DNA from: Candidatus Poribacteria bacterium
Lineage (GTDB): Bacteria; Poribacteria; WGA-4E; PCPOR2b
Direction of reading: 5' to 3'
DNA length: 64,000 bases
NCBI GenBank assembly: GCA_965208675.1
Contig: OZ242351.1
Location: forward strand, 2,456,491 to 2,520,490
The translations under genes and the position numbers were made by a program. Below the pieces are notes generated by a model that was not told the DNA's origin, did not search any database, and saw only the letters and a program-made list of their open reading frames with translations. Shown piece after piece: positions 9,322 to 17,989 of the stretch (position 1 is its first letter; each line of letters starts with the position of its first letter).

Positions 9322-10089
9322 TTACTCGCTCGCCGTTTGGAAGCGAATCACAATCGGGCCGTCCTCAAGCCCTCTGCCTCTATCTCCACCGATGTTATAA
9401 AGGTCTAACAGATGGATTTCATATTCATGACCCGGCAAAAGCCAATCGTCTTCGCTTGCAGGCAACAGGGTAGCAATGTCTTGATCGCTTGCCCAATCAA
9501 TTATCCAATTCAGCCTCATTTGACCGCTGTAAACTTCAATCGGGGATCGTTGGATGTCAATAAAAGTGTTAAAAGTAATCCGTATCCCTTCTCGGTTCAA
9601 CTGATCGGCATTAGCATCAGTTTGCTTATGACTTATATTTGCTTCCTGAATCGCTGGTAAGGGCCTCGAAACATGGTAAGCGCCCAGGGTCACATCAAGC
9701 GTATCTCCATGCTGGACACCGGGTTCGTCTTCGTAGACTATCCTCAAGGTCACATCCTTTTCAGGATTAAAGCCGTCTTGACTATCCCACACCTCTAGTC
9801 GGTTGGTTTCCAGCAGCCAAATCGTCGCCGCCGGTTTTTGATTTGGTCTAGCGTCTACCTCATTGATGCTAACCTGTCGGACAGGCTTGTCAAAGACAAG
9901 CTCTATTGTATCCGAATGCGAAATTATCTCACGTCCATTTAGTGGAAGGATGCTGACAACCAACTCTTGAAGGCCTCGATAGTAATAAGCACTAGCTTCT
10001 ATGAGCCGCGCTGGTTGTATTTCCTCATCCGCTGAGCAGCCAATGAGCAAACACAGCACGGCACACAGCATCACACTGTTCAACAGCAT
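9322..10089 (-). CDS. lipoprotein with tandem Ig-like domains, paralog of 10102..10899
   Basis: 255-aa ORF with lipobox LLIGCSADEE. Shared blocks IELVFDKPV, DVTLGAY, IEVYSGQ, EDDWLLPG, IVIRFQTA. Confidence 0.65.
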   Translation of the reverse strand: MLLNSVMLCAVLCLLIGCSADEEIQPARLIEASAYYYRGLQELVVSILPLNGREIISHSDTIELVFDKPVRQVSINEVDARPNQKPAATIWLLETNRLEVWDSQDGFNPEKDVTLRIVYEDEPGVQHGDTLDVTLGAYHVSRPLPAIQEANISHKQTDANADQLNREGIRITFNTFIDIQRSPIEVYSGQMRLNWIIDWASDQDIATLLPASEDDWLLPGHEYEIHLLDLYNIGGDRGRGLEDGPIVIRFQTASE

Positions 10090-10101
10090 GTCATAATTCC
10101 T

Positions 10102-10899
10102 TTAATCCGCCGTCTGGAAGCGAATCACAAGCGGCTTCTCCTCAAGCCTCTCTCCCCTTGTGCCCTTGTAATCATAAAAATCGACCACATGAACTTCATA
10201 ATCCTGCCCCGGCAGTAACCAATCATCTTCGCTTTCAGGCATCAGGATGACCGTGTGAACCGCCCCATTATCATCGTCCAATGTCCAACGATAAATACTC
10301 CAATCAAGCATTTCTTGACCGCTGTAAACTTCAATCTTGGTTCGGTATGGGCGGTTATCCATCTCCTTATCAAAACCAATCTTTATCCCTTCTTGGTTCA
10401 ACCGATTGGCATCTACATCAACCTCACCACTCCATGGATCCAAGAACACAATGAGCGGGGGGAACACGTCAAGACTGTATGCGCCTAAAGTTACATCCAG
10501 CGTGTCTTTATGGATGCCAGCTTCATCTTCATAGATTACCATCAAGGTTACATCTCGTTCCGGATTCCATCCAATTTGGAGATTCCACACATCTTCTAGG
10601 TGGTTGCTTTCCAGTTTCCAAATTGTCGTCGGCGGCATTTCATCGGGTTGGGCTTTAGCACTATAATTGATGCTTACTTCCAGAACAGGTTTATCAAAGA
10701 CAAGCTCAATTGTTGTAGTAGTCCCAATTACGCCAGGAAGCGGAAATGAACTCTGTGGAGTATCCTCATCATAGCCACGGGCTTCTATCAACTGCGCCGG
10801 TTGTAATTCCTCATCCGCTGAGCAGCCAATGAGCAAGCACAATCCACAAAACAGCATTGAACCTCTCGTCAGTGCATCGTAAAACCTTGCTAACTTCAT
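10102..10899 (-). CDS. lipoprotein with tandem Ig-like domains, paralog of 9322..10089
   Basis: The ORF extends to 10986, but the ATG at 10899 is preceded by AAGGAGG and gives MKLARFYDALTRGSMLFCGLCLLIGCSADEE (lipobox). This start also removes the 85-nt overlap with the upstream gene. Confidence 0.65.
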   Translation of the reverse strand: MKLARFYDALTRGSMLFCGLCLLIGCSADEELQPAQLIEARGYDEDTPQSSFPLPGVIGTTTTIELVFDKPVLEVSINYSAKAQPDEMPPTTIWKLESNHLEDVWNLQIGWNPERDVTLMVIYEDEAGIHKDTLDVTLGAYSLDVFPPLIVFLDPWSGEVDVDANRLNQEGIKIGFDKEMDNRPYRTKIEVYSGQEMLDWSIYRWTLDDDNGAVHTVILMPESEDDWLLPGQDYEVHVVDFYDYKGTRGERLEEKPLVIRFQTAD

Positions 10900-10901
10900 T
10901 G

Positions 10902-11702
10902 CTATAGACCTCCTTTGATACCCCCCAATGTTGTTGCTTTGAGGATGGGTGCACGAATCACATTCAGTAATGGTTCGTATCGCCATGACGAAGCTATATC
11001 CACTAGGTCTTGTCTGCTAAGTGTATCCTCTGATGCCGCCAAATCGCCATAATGACTAGCGTACCACTTGAAAGCCCCACCTGCGGGAAATGCTCCAGCA
11101 GCGTGCATGGCGTAGTAATGTTCTTGAACGGCTTTTGCCATCTGTTCTCGATTCAGTTGCACGTAATATAGTTGATAAAGAGTATGTTCATATCTATCAT
11201 CAGGGTTTGGAGAGCCAGACCCAACAGGATCCTGATAGCCCGTCATATCTTGCCAAGCGTGAGTAAGTTCATGCACGAAAGTGCTTAGGCGCGATGGATG
11301 AAGATTGACGTTATCTATATCTATTGCATAGAGCACTATTATACGGTCTCGGAACAGCCACTCCCCGTCTTTACCTGGGCTTTCATCGTGCGTTGCGAAT
11401 CGTACCGCCGTGACAAAGTTCATCAGTATATTCGCATTGCTTTCTCCAAAAGAGAAGTTTGCAGCTCCTCGGAGCGTTTCGAGTTCTGCGTTAGTTGCTA
11501 ATCTGTTAAGTAACCCCGTCGGATCAATAAACTTCAGCGGATTATTATAGGCATAAATGTACCAGTTGATGCCGTCTCCGGCGGGGTCACGCTGTAAAAA
11601 GTGTCCGGCGTGGGGGTGGTAGTAGGCTTCTAAAGCGGGTGCAGCGATAAGGGTCAGCAGCAGTATTGCAAGGGTAAATCTAAAAACTGTGTTCATAGTC
11701 AT
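10902..11702 (-). CDS. orphan RHS C-terminal tip: signal-like peptide + RHS core end + HExxH zincin-like toxin domain
   Basis: 266-aa ORF. MTMNTVFRFTLAILLLTLIAAPALEA, then YYHPHAGHFLQRDPAGDGINWYIYAYNNPLKFIDPTGL (RHS core end), then a domain with HELTHAWQ, the same motif family as the RHS1 tip. ATGA start/stop overlap with the upstream gene. Confidence 0.8.
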   Translation of the reverse strand: MTMNTVFRFTLAILLLTLIAAPALEAYYHPHAGHFLQRDPAGDGINWYIYAYNNPLKFIDPTGLLNRLATNAELETLRGAANFSFGESNANILMNFVTAVRFATHDESPGKDGEWLFRDRIIVLYAIDIDNVNLHPSRLSTFVHELTHAWQDMTGYQDPVGSGSPNPDDRYEHTLYQLYYVQLNREQMAKAVQEHYYAMHAAGAFPAGGAFKWYASHYGDLAASEDTLSRQDLVDIASSWRYEPLLNVIRAPILKATTLGGIKGGL

Positions 11703-12817
11703 TGCGTGTTCGGGCGTTTTATTCGATTGCTCCTTTTTGTTGAGAACTCGATTTCGGCATCGACTTGATTCCCCGCAACATCCATAAAATCCCTGAGTTG
11801 AATCGTATAGCGCTGACCTTCCACCAGTTCTTTGCCTTCCGGAGGGGTTATGGTCACTGAATGACTGCTCCTTTCAACATTCCAACCCAGCGGTTCACTA
11901 TCATCGGAACTGATTGTAATCTCGCCCCCGCCAGTTGAACGGTTGAATTTGAAAGTAATGCCATCGGTATTTAATGAATCGAGAGCATCGGGATCCCTAA
12001 ATCGCTGCCTATCTTTGATGGTTTGGGATATGATACCGAAGGGCGGCAATGCTTCAAGCGCTTTTGCCGCTTCGCCAATGCGACACGATTGGAGGCGCTT
12101 CAAGACCTCAGCCGCTTCTTCTCGCGTCCTCCAATCTGGATGGGATAATCCTTCAGCTAATCTAGGAACCACCGCTGGGGGGAGAGTCCCCACTTTCAGC
12201 TCCGGCTTATTGCACGCATATTCAAAACCATATCCATAAGCGATAGCGGTACCGAAACTAAGCGCCCAATTGCTACTGTGCAACGCCTCGATTAAGGCGG
12301 AACGCCCGTGATGTCCCATACGCGGGAGCAAAACTTGGGCTGCATCTGGGGAAAAGATGGGAGAACCATAATAGAATAACCGGATAAAACCCGCAATTTC
12401 TTCCGGTGTGAGTTCTTCGCGCCCTGTGTAACCTATGAAGCCACCTATCGCTGAATAACGCATAACCGAATCTTCAGCTTTTAGGGCTTTAACCAACCCA
12501 CGGACGATGTGTTTGTAATACGGGGTGCTCGTGTCCTTGTCTAGAAGCTGATGAAACTGATCTCTCATATCATGCAGTGTATTCAAAGCCCACGCCTGCA
12601 CCCCGGTATCTTCGTGGTCTAATGCCGCAATCAATGCCGGCACTGCTGCTTCACCTATTTCGGTGAGGGCTTTACTTGCACTGTCTTGGACATCCACATC
12701 CGCATGTTCAAATTGCTGAATCAACGATGCGATGTTCTCATTGTGAGCATGAGACACTATGCTTGCCATGCTCACCAAATATAGACAGATAAGCAGGGTT
12801 CGTTTGTGTTTGTTCAC
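11699..12817 (-). CDS. secreted HEAT-repeat protein with C-terminal Ig-like domain; candidate immunity/accessory protein of RHS2
   Basis: 372-aa ORF. Signal peptide MNKHKRTLLICLYLVSMASIVSHA. HEAT-like AVPALIAALDHEDTGVQAWAL. C-terminal beta-sandwich-like ITISSDD...YTIQLRDFMDVAGNQVDAEIEFSTK. Confidence 0.6.
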   Translation of the reverse strand: MNKHKRTLLICLYLVSMASIVSHAHNENIASLIQQFEHADVDVQDSASKALTEIGEAAVPALIAALDHEDTGVQAWALNTLHDMRDQFHQLLDKDTSTPYYKHIVRGLVKALKAEDSVMRYSAIGGFIGYTGREELTPEEIAGFIRLFYYGSPIFSPDAAQVLLPRMGHHGRSALIEALHSSNWALSFGTAIAYGYGFEYACNKPELKVGTLPPAVVPRLAEGLSHPDWRTREEAAEVLKRLQSCRIGEAAKALEALPPFGIISQTIKDRQRFRDPDALDSLNTDGITFKFNRSTGGGEITISSDDSEPLGWNVERSSHSVTITPPEGKELVEGQRYTIQLRDFMDVAGNQVDAEIEFSTKRSNRIKRPNTQ

Positions 12818-12943
12818 GGTATATCCTCCTGTATTTTTAAGGTATGATTATCAGACTAAAGCCACTGAACTTTCAGTGTGGAGAACCGTCTGATACAACA
12901 CCCCATCGACGTTTTATCTCAGTTAAAACAGTTGGGCGCCCGA

Positions 12944-15900
12944 TTATCTAGGGAAATAGTTGGAGGCCGTAGCTGCTAAATTACGAAGTTGTTCGGTATA
13001 GTCCGCAGACCCATACGTGTTGAGTTGTCCTTCTGTAAAGCGACTATAACCAACATACCAGCGGCCAAGTTTACTTTTGCCCACTACCCAATCCATATTT
13101 TCTATTGCGAACCGGGCGCCTAAATCGAAAGCCATCAGTTCCATGACATAAAGATAAAAATCTTTATCATAACTAGAGCTGCCATGCAGAAATACACTAG
13201 GATACATGATAAAGTTATGGACATGAGAAAATTCATGAACCAGATCCGTTGTTAATCTAATAAGTTGGCCCACAAATTGGGGATTCGGTGTGTTTTTAAC
13301 ATTTACCGTAATACCGCTGTTGTGGAAGTCAGTTGGATCAGTATTAGCATCCGATGCGAGGTTTTTATCAAACTTTATGTTCACTTGCACATCACTTTCA
13401 ATTATATCGGTCAGAATACCACCCGCAGCGCCACTTCCAGCAATTCCTGTGCCGTTTATTCCCCCTGTGAATATTGCATCCCAAACCAGACCACCGTCGT
13501 CTGTCAAACCCGCCGGCCTTATATAGTTACCATCAGCATCTGTTTTAGGGACGCTTCTTATTTCGGTGCCGCCCGGCAGGACGATATACATCCCCGTCGG
13601 ATCGACAAATCCAAGCGGGTTATTATACGCATAGGCGTACCAATTCACGCCTTGACCGGCAGGGTCGCGCTGATTAAACGTGCCGGTGTAGGGGTCATAG
13701 TATCTCGCTGCGAAGTAGTAGAGTTTTACATCGCTCTCATACTCTTTGCCCGTGAATTTGCGCGGGTTGTCGCTGGTGCCGACTTCGGAGCGAACTGCGC
13801 CGAACACGTCGTACTCATACCGCACAAGCACATTCTTGTTATCGTCCGTTAAGACGATGTTGCTGCCCAAAGCGTTGGTGTGGTGGTATTCATAGCGTCC
13901 CATCTGATTGTTCGACAATTTAGTTATCTCAGCGTCGCTTAGCGCAGCGTCGTAGATGGATACATCGTCGAGATAACCGTTGAGGTGGTGGTTAGTCGCA
14001 TCATAAAATCCCATCCACAACGCCTTGGTCGTTGCCGCCAACGACGCTGTTGATGCCGTTGAAGCCGTGTCTTTGGTGCCGCCGATAAAGACGCGGAGTT
14101 CGCTGCCGTCATACCGAGCCGCCACATGCTTCCATGTGTTTAAGGGGATGGTCGTTGCACTGGTGACGGTCTTGGTTGTCCCGCTGAACAGCACCTCGAA
14201 CTGAACCGCGCCGGTGCTAGTTATCCAGAGCCGATACCCGTTAGAGGCGTTTGCCTTTTTGACCAGATTCCCGCTCGCCACAGTGGACCGCTTCACCCAA
14301 CAACTGATGGTTAGTGTATTGCCAACAAGGTCTAAGGCATCACTGTCTGCGACTTTTACGACATCGTTAGTGCCGTCAAAAAGGAGGCTACCCCCGTTTT
14401 CAGTGCTCCAAGCAGGCTTTTTGTTTTCAGTGCCGCCGCCCAGCGTGCCGTTCTGGCTGCCGTCAACGTCATGCGCCACAGTGCCGGTGCCTTCATCAAA
14501 GTGCCAATGCGCAACGGCATTGTGTTTCCGGCGATATACAACGCCGTTGCCGCCATAGAGATAGCTGGCCGTGATGTTCTTGCTTGAATCCAATTCTAGC
14601 ACCGGCATCAAGCCGTCGTAAAGAAAATACCTTGTGCCCTGGCTGTCCGAGACTTTCACCCGTTTGCCCCCGCCGTCGTAGGCGTATGTGAGCGTCTGTG
14701 TCACCGTGTTGTTTCGGGTCTTCTGAATCTGTTTCAACTGCGAACCGAATCCGTAGGTAAATGCGTCCGAATCCGTGCCTTCGCTCCGTTGCGTCAGCTT
14801 CCCTTCAGCATCGTAGGTGTAATTCATCGTCGAGAAGTCGGTATCTTCAGGCACTAGTGAACGGTAGGTCAATTGGTTGCTGTTGGTGGCAACCGTGTAG
14901 GTCGTCGTGCCATCAACGCTGCTCACCTGTGTGAGCCGGTTGCCGGACTTGTCGTAGGTGTAGCTGACGGTCTCGTTCCCGTAGTTGGCGCTAGTCAAGC
15001 GTGAGATATTATCGTAACCGAATGTGAACGTCTTGCTTGACCCGCCGGCGCCGGTATCGTCTCTCACCAACTGCGTCACATTCGATTTGTCGTCGTAGGT
15101 GTAGGTTAAGGAACTGAGCGTAGTGGAAGCGTCCTTCTTGTACGTCAGCGTGCTTAAGCGGTTGACGTTATCAAGCGTTCGATGCGCGGTGATGCCGTTT
15201 GGAACCGTGACTTTCTTCAACGCCCCGATGTCGAAGTAACCGTAGCTTTCGGTCTTGTTAGCAAGCACGTCCTTAACCGTCAGCAGCCGGTTGGCTTCGT
15301 CGTAGGTATACTGGACATCGTATAACTTTGTGGTTGTGCTGCCGGTAGTTGGATTGACGTACATGCGCGTCCGCATCGAAGAATCGTCGTATTCGTAGAC
15401 GGTCTTATAACCCAAGAGCGAATCGGTGCGGTTCTTGATGCGGTTGAGTTGGTCGTGCGTGAAGGTATAGGTGTAAGTATTCGCGCCGTCGTTGGTCTTT
15501 TGGGTAAGCACGTTGTCGCCCAAGTCGTAGGTGTAGTCTACGACCTCGCCCGTCTTGTAGCTGACTTTCGAGAGGCGGTTGAGGTTGTCGTAGGTATTGC
15601 TGACGGCGGGGCTGGTTTCAGTGCCGGTTTGGCTCGTCCACGCCTTCGTAACCTGATTCAGGGTATTGTAGCGCGTCTCCACCCAATCGCCGTCGGGCAA
15701 GGTCTGCTTAGTCACTCTGCCGAGTTCATCGACGGTATAGTTGGTTATCAAGCCGCGGGGGTCTTTGGTCTGGGAAATGTCGCCGGCAATGTTGTAGACC
15801 GTTTCGGCTGTAGCGTATGGAGTCGTCCAGTTATCCTTGAAGCTGTGGGCTTTGACGGCGCGGTTCATGGCGTCGTATTCGGTTTTGGTCTGGGCTATTA

Positions 15901-17899
15901 GCGTGCCGGTCTGCCAGTTGTTCTTGCGGACTTGGGTCTGGGTGACGTTGCCGTTCTTGTCGTAGGTTGGGATGGTGTGCATGTTATCGGCAACGCGCCG
16001 GGTGTATTTTAGCTTTCTATCTTTCCAGTAGGCGTATTCGGTGCGTCTGCCCTGCGCGTCAATGTCTGCCGTTTTCAACCCGCGGTTGACATCCCACTCG
16101 GATTTGGTCTTGATGATATGGTCTGCACCGTTTACTGTGACGGTGGTCTTGACCTCGATTGGATACGTGTGATGGGTCGCATCATAGACAGTCTCCACAA
16201 CCTTCTCTTGCGTTGTCCCCGGCATGAAGGTGGTCTTGGTTCGGTTGCCGTAGGAGTCGTAGGTGTGCTTGGTGATGATGTCGTGGTCGACGGCGTGGGG
16301 CTGTGTGCCGGTATTGGCTTTGCTGCGCTGCTCGGTGAGATTTCCCTTCGAGTCGTAGGTGAACGTCGTCTTATGCCCCATCGGGTCTATCTGCCAGAGG
16401 GGGCGGTTAAACTTTGTCTCGTAGTCCGCCGTCCATTTGCGGAAAACAGAGCCATTCGTGGTATCTATCTGTTCCCAATTCGTGGCGTTGCCCATCTGAC
16501 TGTTGTGGGTGGCATTTGTGCCCGCATAGTAGATTTTGTACAGAAAATCCAGGCTGGAAGAAGCACCGCCATGTTGCGATCTAATAAGATTTCTATTGGA
16601 GTATACCCAACGCGAATCGGCATAAGACGCCCGCGGCATTTTCACACCTTTTACATATATCCAGCGTCTGCTTCCCAAACCGTGGTGTTTAGCAATGACG
16701 GCGCTTGAGGTGACAGTATAGCCGGCGTAATGCCGGTCGCTTCCGCTTTCTATGGCATGACGGCGGTTGTTATGTCTACTAGTAATAAAATAGTACCGGC
16801 GATATACTATGTCCCCGTGAATGCTGCCTGCCTTGGGAAGATTTCTGACGTACACAGTTGACACCTGGAGGTGCTTGAGTCCATAGTTATATAAATAGCT
16901 AATTGTGGTTCGAGAGCCCAACGGAGAGACGATTGCTGAGAGATAGCGATAGTTATTCTTGTAGTAGGTTTCGTATTCGTATTGAGTCTTTAACTCACTG
17001 CCGCGGGGGTCGCCGGTGCCAAGCGGATGTGTAACGGATTTCAGGCAAGTTCGCACAGGTCTCGCGTATCTGCCATAGCAACCGTGGCTGTATTTTACCG
17101 TCCGATAGACGGTTGTTAATGCCGTTGGCGTGCCCAAACCGAACTCAATTTTACTGATATGCCGCGTCAAATTCGTGTTATCTATCCGGACATCATAGTA
17201 GAATTTCAGTATCCGTCCGAGCGAATCTTCCACCGCGACGAGCCGGGGATATTTAGGAGCGCTAGTGCCTTGATAGCGTGTCTCAGGTGCGTTCTCATAA
17301 TGGAGTGTAAGTTTGTTGCCGTTCGGGTCTAAAATCTCTTTCAACACATACCGCGCGTAACGATCGGTGACAAGTTGCTCAAACGTGTATTTGATACCGT
17401 GCTTGGTTGTGTAGATAAATGCGCCAGCCTGTGTGCCTGACTGCACTAACTTCAAAGTGGCGCGCACCCCGGCTTTAGGGGTTAATTTTATGTTAGGTTT
17501 TCTGCCAGTTCCCGTAAAGGTATGTTTCGCGCCGCTGCCGGTGGTAATTGATACGATCTGCAGTTTGTAAGCTCTACTCCCGTAATGCCACGCCCCACCA
17601 GTGTATATATCCCATTGATAGGAATGAGACCAATCGTGTCCGATATAACTGGCGCCTTGATACCAATTACGAGAGATGCCGTTGTAAATGTAATTCCGCG
17701 TAAATTCAATCCCTAATCCGCGCCCCGGAACAACCAAATCGGTCTCCGAGTGAATGCTCCCAAAGGTAATCATATTGACCATGCCGTCCATCTCTTGCGG
17801 GTGACGCGGCACCGGACTCCCGAACTGGCTTACGGCGGCGCTAGAGAAAGCGAATACCATCAGACTTATTAACATACAAAAACAGAAATTTCTTTTCAT
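12944..17899 (-). CDS. RHS/YD-repeat polymorphic toxin (RHS2) with Sec-type signal peptide, LamG-like insert and a different C-terminal HExxH domain
   Basis: 1651-aa ORF. N-terminus MKRNFCFCMLISLMVFAFS. Residues from about 64 to 1327 (the exact DNA repeat) are identical to RHS1, with only scattered substitutions on to the core end. Core end NWYAYAYNNPLGFVDPTGM at about 13586-13600. Unrelated roughly 213-aa tip with HEFSHVH. Confidence 0.9.
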   Translation of the reverse strand: MKRNFCFCMLISLMVFAFSSAAVSQFGSPVPRHPQEMDGMVNMITFGSIHSETDLVVPGRGLGIEFTRNYIYNGISRNWYQGASYIGHDWSHSYQWDIYTGGAWHYGSRAYKLQIVSITTGSGAKHTFTGTGRKPNIKLTPKAGVRATLKLVQSGTQAGAFIYTTKHGIKYTFEQLVTDRYARYVLKEILDPNGNKLTLHYENAPETRYQGTSAPKYPRLVAVEDSLGRILKFYYDVRIDNTNLTRHISKIEFGLGTPTALTTVYRTVKYSHGCYGRYARPVRTCLKSVTHPLGTGDPRGSELKTQYEYETYYKNNYRYLSAIVSPLGSRTTISYLYNYGLKHLQVSTVYVRNLPKAGSIHGDIVYRRYYFITSRHNNRRHAIESGSDRHYAGYTVTSSAVIAKHHGLGSRRWIYVKGVKMPRASYADSRWVYSNRNLIRSQHGGASSSLDFLYKIYYAGTNATHNSQMGNATNWEQIDTTNGSVFRKWTADYETKFNRPLWQIDPMGHKTTFTYDSKGNLTEQRSKANTGTQPHAVDHDIITKHTYDSYGNRTKTTFMPGTTQEKVVETVYDATHHTYPIEVKTTVTVNGADHIIKTKSEWDVNRGLKTADIDAQGRRTEYAYWKDRKLKYTRRVADNMHTIPTYDKNGNVTQTQVRKNNWQTGTLIAQTKTEYDAMNRAVKAHSFKDNWTTPYATAETVYNIAGDISQTKDPRGLITNYTVDELGRVTKQTLPDGDWVETRYNTLNQVTKAWTSQTGTETSPAVSNTYDNLNRLSKVSYKTGEVVDYTYDLGDNVLTQKTNDGANTYTYTFTHDQLNRIKNRTDSLLGYKTVYEYDDSSMRTRMYVNPTTGSTTTKLYDVQYTYDEANRLLTVKDVLANKTESYGYFDIGALKKVTVPNGITAHRTLDNVNRLSTLTYKKDASTTLSSLTYTYDDKSNVTQLVRDDTGAGGSSKTFTFGYDNISRLTSANYGNETVSYTYDKSGNRLTQVSSVDGTTTYTVATNSNQLTYRSLVPEDTDFSTMNYTYDAEGKLTQRSEGTDSDAFTYGFGSQLKQIQKTRNNTVTQTLTYAYDGGGKRVKVSDSQGTRYFLYDGLMPVLELDSSKNITASYLYGGNGVVYRRKHNAVAHWHFDEGTGTVAHDVDGSQNGTLGGGTENKKPAWSTENGGSLLFDGTNDVVKVADSDALDLVGNTLTISCWVKRSTVASGNLVKKANASNGYRLWITSTGAVQFEVLFSGTTKTVTSATTIPLNTWKHVAARYDGSELRVFIGGTKDTASTASTASLAATTKALWMGFYDATNHHLNGYLDDVSIYDAALSDAEITKLSNNQMGRYEYHHTNALGSNIVLTDDNKNVLVRYEYDVFGAVRSEVGTSDNPRKFTGKEYESDVKLYYFAARYYDPYTGTFNQRDPAGQGVNWYAYAYNNPLGFVDPTGMYIVLPGGTEIRSVPKTDADGNYIRPAGLTDDGGLVWDAIFTGGINGTGIAGSGAAGGILTDIIESDVQVNIKFDKNLASDANTDPTDFHNSGITVNVKNTPNPQFVGQLIRLTTDLVHEFSHVHNFIMYPSVFLHGSSSYDKDFYLYVMELMAFDLGARFAIENMDWVVGKSKLGRWYVGYSRFTEGQLNTYGSADYTEQLRNLAATASNYFPR
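13920..17709 (-). repeat. copy B of an exact 3,790-bp direct repeat (RHS core)
   Basis: See copy A. Mismatches appear at 13879, 13913 and 13919 on one side and from 17710 on the other. Confidence 0.85.
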
Positions 17900-17920
17900 G
17901 ATACTTTCCTCCTTTAGATG

Positions 17921-17987
17921 CAGTGCCAGTAGCCAGTGGTCAGTGACCAGAATGAAGCTTTTACTGGCGACTGGGCACTAGCCACTG
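17921..17987. repeat. REP-like long imperfect hairpin (CAGTGCCAGT.GCCAGTGG family)
   Basis: Left arm cagtgccagtagccagtggtcagtgaccag and right arm ctggcgactgggcactagccactg, in the gap between the CBM-like gene and RHS2. Confidence 0.6.
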
Positions 17988-17989
17988 CT

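Noticed and set aside
3466-17899. Assigning the RHS proteins to a T6SS or Tc-toxin (ABC) system
   Set aside because: No PAAR, VgrG, Hcp, TssB/C, TcA or TcB-like sequences are present in the window, and both proteins start with Sec-type signal peptides. T6SS genes elsewhere in the genome cannot be excluded.
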